A DNA stretch of 64,000 bases, from positions 68,272,462-68,336,461 of the forward strand of contig NC_068984.1 of the NCBI RefSeq assembly GCF_001194135.2. The letters are read 5' to 3'. The number at the start of each line of letters is the position of its first letter. Positions within the stretch are counted from its first letter, which is position 1. The notes beneath the pieces were generated by a model. That model made no database searches and was not told the DNA's origin. It was given only the letters and a program-made list of their open reading frames with translations. Shown one piece after another: positions 52,560 to 64,000 of the stretch. The translations under genes were made by a program, and so were the position numbers. This DNA comes from Octopus bimaculoides. Lineage: Eukaryota.

Positions 52560-52880
52560 AGCCTGTATTCAATATATGGCTGTAGATCGGTGGGAAGGGC
52601 AAGAAGACAACACTTGATTTTCTGTATCCAAGAAATCTATGGTTTTATGTGTGGAGTACCATAGATTATTATATGTGATATCATTCAGTGGATCCTTTTT
52701 TAATTTTTCTTTTGTGTTGTTTTTTATTGTTGCCTGTTCCTTAATATGTCTTCATTGTTTGGTTGATCACTTCCTTTTACCTGATGATTAACCCTCCCAA
52801 CAGCTCATCGGTTGTTGTTTTATTTTGTATTTTGCATTTATATTGTCCCTAATGTCTTGGATCCTTGTGGTTAATAGAAA
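52560..52880 (+). mobile_element. Probable LINE 3' UTR remnant
   Basis: T-rich segment similar to 47920-48060, ending in A-rich aatagaaaaaaataaa. Confidence 0.4.
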
Positions 52881-53039
52881 AAAATAAATGATTGGCAGAA
52901 CAATTAGAGAGTTAAACTAAAATTAAATACCTTGCAATATTTGTTTCAGTTTTTACATTCGGTGTTCAAATCCTGCTGACAGCTGCATCGCTTTTCATCT
53001 TGTTTGGGTCAATAAAATGAAATGCTAGTCTACAAAGTG

Positions 53040-53522
53040 ACACTGAGGTACAAAGCTCAATATACTCATCATGACTGCCTGTCTGATAAGGGTACACAAG
53101 GCACATGTATCATAACCATATGTGCGTGACATGATGATTCCATATCAAGATAAACAGAAGCATGGCCTTGCAGGTGGAGCCCAGTTGAGTAGTCCGTCTC
53201 ACTCAGGGGTTGTTTAAGGATGTTGGACAAAACACCCATGTTTCCAGAGGTGAATTATCCAAACCCCAAAGAATTCCTCTCAACCCATGACTATGATGCT
53301 CTCCCACTACTGCTCATGATCAGAGATGCATATATCGTCAGCCACTAAGGGACATGCTCAACTGTTTAAGGTCAAATAACTGACAAACAAATCTGTGGTA
53401 TTGAGCAGAATATTTGCTGTAACCTGTCTTTTATATCAAGACAAAACAAGTACATGATAACACTTCCAATCAGTTAAGATCAGAAGCAATGAGAGCCACT
53501 GCCTGGTACTGCATCAGGGCAT
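53040..53522 (-). mobile_element. Family E repeat, with partial tandem duplicate at 53555-53625
   Basis: Reverse complement of 32826-33301 (cacccatgtttccagaggtgaattatccaaaccccaaagaattcctctcaac). Confidence 0.8.
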
Positions 53523-54799
53523 AGCAGAATAACTGCTGTAGGCCATCTTCTACACCAAGACAAAACAATGTACATGATAGCACTTCCAATCAGTTAAGGT
53601 CAGAATCCATGAGAGCCTAGTACTGAATGTGGTATTGATCAGGCAATCAGATAAGTTTATCATGAAGACACTTACATAGTGCCTTCCTTTGGTAAAGAAG
53701 AGTGGATAATGCTGAAAGATTTGATGACCTCTCTGGTCATGCTCTCTTCAACTTTCTCAAGTACTACTTGAAGAGAAGCTGTGACTGAAAATGGAGGTAA
53801 ATTCTATGACAGGTTGATGGGAATGGTAAAATAGGCATGGTTAAATGGACCTATGTTAACTATATTGCTGTAGGCTGGCATTAGTAACTAAAAGAAGGCA
53901 ACTATCATTTGTGCATCAGAATAATATTGGAATTTTGTGTGGGGTTCTTTAAATCCTTAAATCAATCTGTACTGTTGTTTTCTCACCATTTTGAATGTTT
54001 TCTTTCTGTTATTTTGCCTTTACTTTTATTGTTTTATTATTGTGATTTATTGTTACTGTTGATGTTGCTATTTTACTTGGTGTATATCCTCTATTGATTT
54101 TTATATTTTTCCCGAACTTATAATGTTCTTAACATTTAAGGCATAAAACATTTTAGTGCTAGAAAGAAAATAATTCAGATAGGAGAGGCATGCAAGAAAA
54201 TAATGACAGCAACAACATTCCATCATCGTTTGCTAACTCTGGGAAAAAAACAGAATAGCTTGATTTGAACCAATCAAAGAATAGGAAACATTGTGGCTGA
54301 GATATGCTACAAAAGATAGTGCCTCCTTACTCAAACAACTTCGTCATGGAAAAAGCAAGGAGGAAGGTGACGTCCTTGTTTGTAAAAGAAAGAAAAATCA
54401 AACACAACCAGATTGGGCTTCCATATATCATCAAAGGAAGAGCTGAATGGGACCCTGACCAATATATAAAATGTATCCTCCATTGAACAAAATAGGACAT
54501 ATGAAAGTAAGTGCCTGGTTTTTGAAAGCAAGGACAAAGTATTGATACAGGTGGAATTGGTATGCTACAAACCTGTTCATAGGTTTGTGTTGCAATAAAC
54601 AAGACTTTGACAAATCAGAATTACTATCATAAATATTGGCACAAACATCAACTCTTTTCCAAAGACAAGCTGCATCAATAAGTAGATGGGTCTTTGGATC
54701 TAATGACCTCCTTAAATCTCTAAGATATGTCATAGCTGTTCGCTACTGAAAGAGAGAATGGCAGTTAGATAGGTGGTGTAGAAGGCCTACTCATTACAT

Positions 54800-56650
54800 G
54801 TGTGGTGGTAATAGATACTGAACGGCCATCTGTTTGAAAGAAGATGGAAGAGAGAAGAAAAGAGAGGGTTACAGATGATGACAGCAGATGAAATGGGAAC
54901 AAAACAATAACAGAATGTGTGGAAACTTTGCAATCACTATTTCCAAAGATTTATCACTCACAGATCTGGGAAGTAAGGGAATTGAAGCAAATGAAATCAC
55001 CTTGTCCTTGGTGCTGCTACATCAGGGAGCCTCTAACAACCCAGAAACTGAGGAGTTTCCGTCCATAGCACAAAATCGACCAACGACTTTGACTAGTAGT
55101 TCTACCCAATTGTCTGGTAATAATAAAGAGAGGGGAATAGAAAATGATGGTCGAGCAAACGTGAAGAATGGAAGCTAACTGAAAGAAAAAAATGAGATAA
55201 AACTCGAAGTGAAGAGAAGAATGATGGTCCTTACGAAAATGCGTTCACCCTCAGCGTGTGTCTGAAACAGAAATTTATGGTGTTACGAAAACAGAAGAAT
55301 ATTACCAGAAGAAACCAGGAATGTAATGTGTTGACTGACAAAGGAATGGGGCATTAGTACTAGGACCATGTAGATGATCGAAATTTGATATATACTTATT
55401 TTTAACAATACAGAAGAGTTTGTCAATAATTACTTCGCTAGCGTTGCTAATAACAAAGAAGTACTGAATATGAGAAACAAAACTGAGAAAATATTTACTT
55501 AAGAAAAGTTTGTATCCAACACAAACAGCCGCCAGAGGTCTTTATCTACGAAGTGATAGGGCGAAAAGTAAATATTTCTGCATGGCCAAAGCTACAGTAA
55601 TTTTCCTTATAATCTTAAAGCAACAACAGGTGCAGCTTGGCTGATGTGTGGAGCTATATACACCAGCTCAAAGGCTCCCATCGCAACATGGACGGCATAA
55701 TACGAGAGTTCACAGTGAAGGAAATTTGTGGTGTTTGCCGTTGGATCATAGTCATAAATGTGGGTCATAACAGGCAGCAGATGAACGCCAAAACAACAAT
55801 AAACGTTATATTATTGGAAAAGTATGCATGGAAATGCAAGACATAATGATAACTGAATGCCACCGGATCATTGAAGAGCTGTGGTTTTCGTAAATGCAGA
55901 AAGAAAAGCAATTAGAGTACAAAACCCAACTGATACACGTGAAGCAGTAATGATTTTAGAGGGAAAGAACTTGATAAACCGATATAGAGAAAATAGTAAC
56001 AACAAAATCAACAGGACACAGAAATTCCTTTTCTCAAACCACCACCAATTGAATATTCGGAAATTCATCTTTAGTTCTGTTAGTTTTAACCAACAGTAGA
56101 AATTCGGCTTCATTATCATGGAACAAAGAGGAGAACAATTAGACAGGACTGGTAGATTGTCGGGGACAGTGAAAGTATTATAAATTATATAAAAAAAGAA
56201 GAAAAATCCAGAAATTAAGACAAGCTAGAAACCCATCGAGACTACTTGAGCTTCAAAGACGTCTGAATGAGCAGCTTTATTCTTAAAGAGATAATGGAAA
56301 ATACAAAGTTAGACGATAAGGAGGGCGTAATAATTGAAGAAACGGAAAGAGTTCAAAAGATACCCACGTGGTAAGCTGTCGATGAAAACCACACGAATAG
56401 TTTATCATCACATGAAAAATATCTGCTTTGAGGATGTGGAACACGACTTGCACCACCAAACGCAAAATTTGCTGACGGGCGACTTCAGCTGCACCAGATA
56501 CCAGGATGGTTGGCTTATAAGTAACAGGAAGAAGTGCTTGCCAGTGATGGTAGCATCTACAAAACGAATGTCTTTGAGATATTGTGAAAAATACCTGTTG
56601 TTATCAATATTATCATTTGCCTTTTATCCTTTGGAGATCTATAAAATAAA
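54800..56650 (+). mobile_element. Possible very old R4/Dong-type LINE
   Basis: Fragmented purine-rich reading frames; terminal LRMWNTT...HQIPG resembles LERFW...AQIPG of 31570-32700; no clean motif. Confidence 0.3.
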
Positions 56651-56759
56651 GAGCCAGTTGTATAATTGTTATATACTATGGTGGATATTATCAAGCACAT
56701 GCTCCGCTCAATGTTAGAGCCTTTGTGTCTTAATTTAGAAATTATCAATGTTATATCTA

Positions 56760-57960
56760 TATTTCGTCCGTCCTTACGGTCTGAGTTCAAATTCCGCCGA
56801 GGTCGACTTTGCTTTTCATCCTTTCGGAGACGATGAAATAGTATCAGTCACGCACAGGCCTTGTGTCTATAGTAGAAAGGATTATATCTATATTTAAGGC
56901 GGTGAGCTGGCAGAGTCGTTAGCGCGTCGAGTAAAATGCTTGGCGGCGTTTCGCCCGTCTTTTAAGTTCTAAGTATAAATACTACCGAGGTCGACTTTGC
57001 CTTTCATCATTTCGAGGTCGATTAGATAAGTACCAGTGGAACACCGAGGCGGGGGTCGATGTAATCGATTATCCCCTTCCCCAAAATTGCTGGCCTTGTG
57101 CCAAAATTTGAAACCAATATATATAATACCTATATTTTCCAGCCTCTTAATCACGCGAGTTCAAATCCGCTGAGGCCAAATTGAATTTCGTTTCTTCAGG
57201 ATCAATAAAATGTAAGTGCCAGACATGTCCTGAGACTGATATAAAACGAATATGAGCCTTCCCTAAAAATCAGTGGTCGTCTGTCTTATCTTACGAATCA
57301 TTATTACAGCAATATTTTCTGTTTACTTTCTGAGTTTAAATCTCATAGAGGTCGACTTGCCTTTCATCTTTTCCATAATTGATAAAAATAAACTACGAAT
57401 CTTGTAATTGGGGTAGATTAATCTATTAATCCTTTTTCACTCAAATTCCGTTTCGCATGCTCGTCGCTAAGTGGGGTGCACTGGACGGTACTGTCCCCTC
57501 TCTATTCAATGGTTCACTCTAGATTTACAGTGACACATTAATTTCGAGACTCCACTTTAACATTATTACAAATTAGTACCCACCCAGAATATTTTGAATC
57601 ACCCTCAGACACCAAAATCTGGCGACAGGTCTGTTGTCTCGTGTCGAAGAAATAATAATTATATCAATATTTATATTTCCAGCGTAAACATAAGTGGTTC
57701 AAATCCCCACCAATCAATTTCCGCATTCATCCCTCTGGGAAAGGAGGTCGATATAAAGAACCAGTTAGCTACCTAGGCTGATTAAGATCGATATAATCAA
57801 CTATATCCATCCCTCAAAAGTATGTGATTTAATGTCTAGGTTATACATCAATATTATTATAGTTAGTGTTGCGAAGTTCGAATCTCACTGAGGAATGCTT
57901 TTGCGTTTCATCCTTCTGGGATTGATATTTTGAAAATATTAGTCAACTCCTAGATATATA
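56760..57960 (+). mobile_element. Cluster of at least five family C copies with CpGs intact
   Basis: Units at ~56760-56886, 56895-57120, 57150-57230, 57310-57420, 57690-57830, 57865-57950. Confidence 0.8.
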
Positions 57961-58694
57961 TTTGAACTATTTACTACCCACCACCACCACCACCGCATCA
58001 GTCCTAAAAACAATCAATCTATCTATCTATCTATCTATCTATCAGTCTTCTGTCTATCCATTTCTCTATCCATCTATCTCCATCTGTCATCCGTCTCTCT
58101 ATCTATCTATCTCTCTACCTTTCCATCTTTCCGTCTATCCAGCTATCTTTCCAGTTCCGTATCTATGTATCTGCCTGTTTGTCTGTCTGTCTGTCTATCT
58201 ATCTACCTAACTACCGACCTACCTGCCTGCCTATCCACACTGTCGTTTGAGTGTGTCAAACCACAACGATAGGGTTGGTTGGTTTGCTGTCTGGTTGGTT
58301 AGATGGCTCTCGCTTGCCACAGATGCTTGGCACAAACTTCAACGATGCCTCTTCGCCTCTGCCAGTTCGAAAATGTCATTGTATTTTGGTGATATTTTAT
58401 ATACTGTATGCAGTCAGTCTCTTTCTCTCTCTCTCTCTCTCTCTCTCCCCTCGTAACACAGTCTTGTTTGATACCATAACATTCATACACGGCATACATA
58501 TACATACATACACACATATACATAGATCCATAAATGTATATATGCATATACATAAATTTAAACATACATACAAGTGTACACGCATGTATACGTATATATA
58601 TACATAAGTACGCACGTATACATATAAACATACATATACAAATACACAAGCACACCACTATTATACATATATACATGAAATATATGTATATACA

Positions 58695-58800
58695 CATACG
58701 TAGGTTCATACGTGTATATATACATACGTAGGTTCATAGGTGTATACGCATATGTAGGTTCATATAGGTATATACACATACGTAGCTTCATACATAGATA
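58695..58800. repeat. Minisatellite, ~28-bp unit x4
   Basis: catacgtaggttcata recurring. Confidence 0.75.
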
Positions 58801-58845
58801 CACACTCCTTCGTCTTCCCTTCTCTCTCTCTCTCCCTTTCACTAT

Positions 58846-58891
<46 letters not shown>

Positions 58892-59488
58892 GTATATCTA
58901 TATATGTTCATGTATGTATGTACGTATGTATGTATATGCATTTATGTGAACATACCTACATGTAAGCATGTCTGTAGGCACATGTACATAAGCATGTATG
59001 TATTTACGTATCTATATATATGTATAAGTATAGATGTACCTAGGTATACAAATTCGCACTATTTATTTATTGGTTTATTTATTCTCGCCATACACAAACA
59101 CACACTACACTGACGCGTGAGTACAGTGCTGCTCATGGAAGACCGAGTTTGCTATTATTATATAAACTGACTATTGTCGACAAATGTTCAGTCACACTAA
59201 CAGCATCTGCAGTTTCCGAAAATGGTAACAAACTTCACCAATAATGTTGCATTTTTTTAAAATGAATATATATGCACATATATATAAAATGTATGCATGT
59301 ATGTATGCATGTATGTGTGCGTGTGTGTATGTATGTATGTTTGTGTGTATGTTTGTATGTATGTGCGTGGTTGTTAATGCCGTGGACTTCATTTTGCGCA
59401 CTTGTATCTATGCTTTATCGCTTGTTTTTATTTCTTTTCGTTTGTCTTGTTTTGTATATATTTATTTTTATTATTAAATTTATTATTA

Positions 59489-59529
<41 letters not shown>

Positions 59530-60078
59530 TGTTATTGAATCTTCTATTTTTTGTTACCTTCTTTCAAGGATATAGTCTTGTGTTTTATCGCTATTTCATT
59601 CGTGGCATGTAAATTTTTAAAAGAATTTTGTGTTCTTTATTTCGTCATTCTACGAGGAGATTAAGAGAGAGAGAGAGAGAGANNNNNNNNNNNNNNNNNN
59701 NNNNNNNNNNNNNNNNNNNNNNNNNNNNNNNNNNNNNNNNNNNNNNNNNNNNNNNNNNNNNNNNNNNNNNNNNNNNNNNNNNNNNNNNNNNNNNNNNNNN
59801 NNNNNNNNNNNNNNNNNNNNNNNNNNNNNNNNNNNNNNNNNNNNNNNNNNNNNNNNNNNNNNNNNNNNNNNNNNNNNNNNNNNNNNNNNNNNNNNNNNNN
59901 NNNNNNNNNNNNNNNNNNNNNNNNNNNNNNNNNNNNNNNNNNNNNNNNNNNNNNNNNNNNNNNNNNNNNNNNNNNNNNNNNNNNNNNNNNNNNNNNNNNN
60001 NNNNNNNNNNNNNNNNNNNNNNNNNNNNNNNNNNNNNNNNNNNNNNNNNNNNNNNNNNNNNNNNNNNNNNNNNNNNNN

Positions 60079-60166
<88 letters not shown>

Positions 60167-60700
60167 GAGAGAGAAACAGATATGCATGTTTTGTGAGTGA
60201 GTATATAAATATGAGTGTGCATGTGTATACATACGCACATACATACATATATACATGCATGCATACATTCATACTATATTGAAAGATTTCGATTTTTGGG
60301 GAAAAAAAGTAGAGTAAGATAATAATAAGTATAGAAATATAGTATAGAAATCCAAGGAAGACCAAATCAACAAAGCGTAAATATCAAAACATAACAGCGC
60401 CAACTACATCGTATAACAGCGGCAATAAAAACAATAATAGTAATAACAATATAACAGCAGCAAATATTGATGCAGTTCTTGTGTTAAACGCAATGCCTCT
60501 TACATTCTTTCAATCCTTGTCACTAGAGCACCGGTTCGTTTTAACGCTTTCCTTATTTCCTCTTTCAGTCTGGCTGACTGCCCGTCTCTCACCTCTGTGC
60601 GTGCGTGTGTGATGTTTGCGCATACTCACATACACAAATACACGCTTAAATATATGCACACGCATAGACACAAGCATGCATACATACATACATGTGTATG

Positions 60701-60745
<45 letters not shown>

Positions 60746-61243
60746 GGTGTGAGTTAGGGGTTGGTTCTGTTTACAAAGGAAAAGGAAACGTACTCAATAT
60801 ATTTATCAGTTGAAGATGTTGATTCATTCACGGTGCTGCAACTCTCAGCTTTGCAAGCACCACGTGCGTTCAAATCAGGCAACACGAAAATGAATGATAT
60901 ATATACGTACACACACACACGTACATACATACATACATACATACATACAAACATACATACATACATGCATACATACATAATTTGTAAATTCGTTCAAGGA
61001 AAATAAAAAAAAGGATAACAAAAAACAAAAACACGGTTCTGCTTCTTGAAATTCTTCAAATGATTAAGGAGTATTTTGTGTTAAGAGATAGAAAACGAAC
61101 AACAAAACAAAACCAGCAAGTAGCACTTTTTAATCGAATGCCTTCACATCTATCTATCTATCTATCTTTTCAACTCCATGCCTATCAATATCGATATATT
61201 TAGCGGTTCGATCATTCACATATCTATCTTTAAGCAATCTCTT

Positions 61244-61275
<32 letters not shown>

Positions 61276-62889
61276 NNNNNNNNNNNNNNNNNNNNNNNNN
61301 NNNNNNNNNNNNNNNNNNNNNNNNNNNNNNNNNNNNNNNNNNNNNNNNNNNNNNNNNNNNNNNNNNNNNNNNNNNNNNNNNNNNNNNNNNNNNNNNNNNN
61401 NNNNNNNNNNNNNNNNNNNNNNNNNNNNNNNNNNNNNNNNNNNNNNNNNNNNNNNNNNNNNNNNNNNNNNNNNNNNNNNNNNNNNNNNNNNNNNNNNNNN
61501 NNNNNNNNNNNNNNNNNNNNNNNNNNNNNNNNNNNNNNNNNNNNNNNNNNNNNNNNNNNNNNNNNNNNNNNNNNNNNNNNNNNNNNNNNNNNNNNNNNNN
61601 NNNNNNNNNNNNNNNNNNNNNNNNNNNNNNNNNNNNNNNNNNNNNNNNNNNNNNNNNNNNNNNNNNNNNNNNNNNNNNNNNNNNNNNNNNNNNNNNNNNN
61701 NNNNNNNNNNNNNNNNNNNNNNNNNNNNNNNNNNNNNNNNNNNNNNNNNNNNNNNNNNNNNNNNNNNNNNNNNNNNNNNNNNNNNNNNNNNNNNNNNNNN
61801 NNNNNNNNNNNNNNNNNNNNNNNNNNNNNNNNNNNNNNNNNNNNNNNNNNNNNNNNNNNNNNNNNNNNNNNNNNNNNNNNNNNNNNNNNNNNNNNNNNNN
61901 NNNNNNNNNNNNNNNNNNNNNNNNNNNNNNNNNNNNNNNNNNNNNNNNNNNNNNNNNNNNNNNNNNNNNNNNNNNNNNNNNNNNNNNNNNNNNNNNNNNN
62001 NNNNNNNNNNNNNNNNNNNNNNNNNNNNNNNNNNNNNNNNNNNNNNNNNNNNNNNNNNNNNNNNNNNNNNNNNNNNNNNNNNNNNNNNNNNNNNNNNNNN
62101 NNNNNNNNNNNNNNNNNNNNNNNNNNNNNNNNNNNNNNNNNNNNNNNNTGAATGTCTCTCGTATATATATATACTATCGGTTACTTTACTTTACGCTTAT
62201 GCAATAAGTCTTAAGTTAGTTAGAAATTCTCGATTTTATCAAAGCGATACTACTATCTTTACGCCTTTATCGTTTATATCTTATATTTCGTGTGTTCTTT
62301 ATTGAAATAAAATTTTGCTCGGTATGATATACTCAATATTCTTAAACCGAATTTCGAAACTGTAATACATACATATATACATACATACATACATACATAC
62401 ATACATACATACATACATACATACATACATACATACATACATACAAACAAACAGACAGACAGACATACAAACAGACAGACATATACATATATTCATTCAC
62501 TCATTCAAAATCTCAACACATTCATTAAATATAAGGGAAATTATCTCAAAGGGTGGGGGTCTTGGAAATTTTTTTTTAAATTTACTTTTTTTTGGCGATA
62601 TGGTGGTGAAGCATGTATTGGGAGCTGTTTAATTTAAGTACCTGATTATTCTTTTTGTTTTTGTTTTGTTGTTGTACAGTTTAAGAAGCACGGGCACGTG
62701 TGCGTGTGCGTGTGTATCAGAGAAAGAGAGATGGTATTTAAGATATATCTTTTTTATTCCCTCATTGTTTTTTTTTTTTTCAAAATCATTTCATTTCTAA
62801 ACGATTCGATGTGAATGCAAATTCTCCTATTTTTCTATCATCATAATCATTATTATTATCATTATTATTTTTTGCGGCATTTCACCCAT

Positions 62890-63030
62890 CTTTATGTTTT
62901 GTGTTCAAATTCCGCTGAGGTCGGCTTTGCTTTCGGGGTCGATAAATTAAGTACCAGTGAAACACTGGGGTCGATATGATCGACTAGTCCCCTACCACTA
63001 AATCTGAGGCTTTGTGCCTCCAGTAGAAAC
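62890..63030 (+). mobile_element. Family C copy followed by long (TTA)n
   Basis: gttcaaattccgctgaggtcggctttgc...gtaccagtgaaacactggggtcgat...gtgcctccagtagaaacgattatt. Confidence 0.8.
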
Positions 63031-63038
63031 GATTATTA

Positions 63039-63097
<59 letters not shown>

Positions 63098-64000
63098 TAT
63101 ACTGCTGTTCGTACACACTCTAACTCATCTTCCGCTGTCGATTTTGTGGTAATTAAAGATGTCATCATCATAATTGTTTTTGTTTTTTTTTCCATTAATA
63201 TTAGTAATAATCTTTGTTTCAAATTTTGGCACAAGGAAGGTGCCACCGGCATTATTATTATTATTATTATTATTAATAATAATAATAATGATGATAATAA
63301 TAATAATAACTCGTTTTTTCCCCGACACCGCATAATTCGCATTCCGCCGCCCCCACCCTACCCCAGGCGCACACATCATACCACACACATACAAACACGC
63401 GCACGCACACACACACACATACGCAGACACGCGCAAACATTCTGTTCCTTCCCGTTTTGCCATGTGCCTCCTGCACGGATTATCAACCATTGTCGCCCTT
63501 GTGGCAACAAAAGAAATAATAGCTGTAGTGGTCGTTATCATCATCATCATCATCATTATTATTATTATTATCATTATTATTATTATTGCTGTTATTTCTA
63601 GGGATTATTACCCAAAGCCGTCAGCACCAAAATGACTACTGCTTGTTCTAGACACACCAATCGTTCCTACCCAACGCGAATCCATATTATTATTAGTTTT
63701 CTTTTTTTTATTAGGTGGAGGTTGTAAATATTTTCTTAGTTACAAGATGTTTCATTAAATACAAATTACAAATGCATACACATTCACACGTACACACATA
63801 CATACACATAGTTATGTATATGTACATAAGTGTAAAACATATATATGGCACTTCACGCATCGTGTGGTATATACATACATACACACACAGATATGTATGT
63901 ATGTATATATATATATATGTATATATGTATATATATATGTATATATATATGTATATGCATGTATATATATATATGTATGTCTACATATATATATGTATAT

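Noticed and set aside
54304-54733. ORFs of 60-100 aa on both strands
   Set aside because: No recognisable domain and no consistent splice-site pair.
57470-57640. Possible LTR/primer-binding-site remnant
   Set aside because: No second LTR and no gag/pol sequence; similarity is too weak.

Overview
AT-rich, microsatellite-saturated animal genomic DNA from a gapped draft assembly (13 N-runs). The repeat landscape resembles octopod cephalopod DNA, which is an inference from recalled repeat motifs and not a database result. I recognise no host protein, rRNA, genuine tRNA or CRISPR array, and most ORF-track entries are translations of microsatellites or N-gaps. The window is a mosaic of decayed mobile elements: RTE-clade LINE fragments, R4/Dong-type (restriction-like endonuclease) LINE fragments embedded in (TAA)n, three tRNA-related SINE-like families (labelled here A/B, C, F), an unclassified 480-bp repeat (E), a Tc1/mariner 3' end, TTAA- and TA-flanked MITEs, and minisatellites. 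Most notable structures: (1) an inverted ~98% identical duplication of non-tail flank attached to an RTE tail (19466-19798 vs 48367-48664), containing an exon-like 81-nt unit; (2) a zinc-finger RTE insertion with twin-priming-like inversion architecture (50640-51320); (3) a nested cluster of LINE and non-autonomous elements all inserted in (TAA)n (30825-33535); (4) a tail-to-tail inverted SINE pair able to form a long dsRNA (38495-39225); (5) a clear CpG-decay boundary near 54.8 kb. A few exon-like islands are listed at low confidence only.
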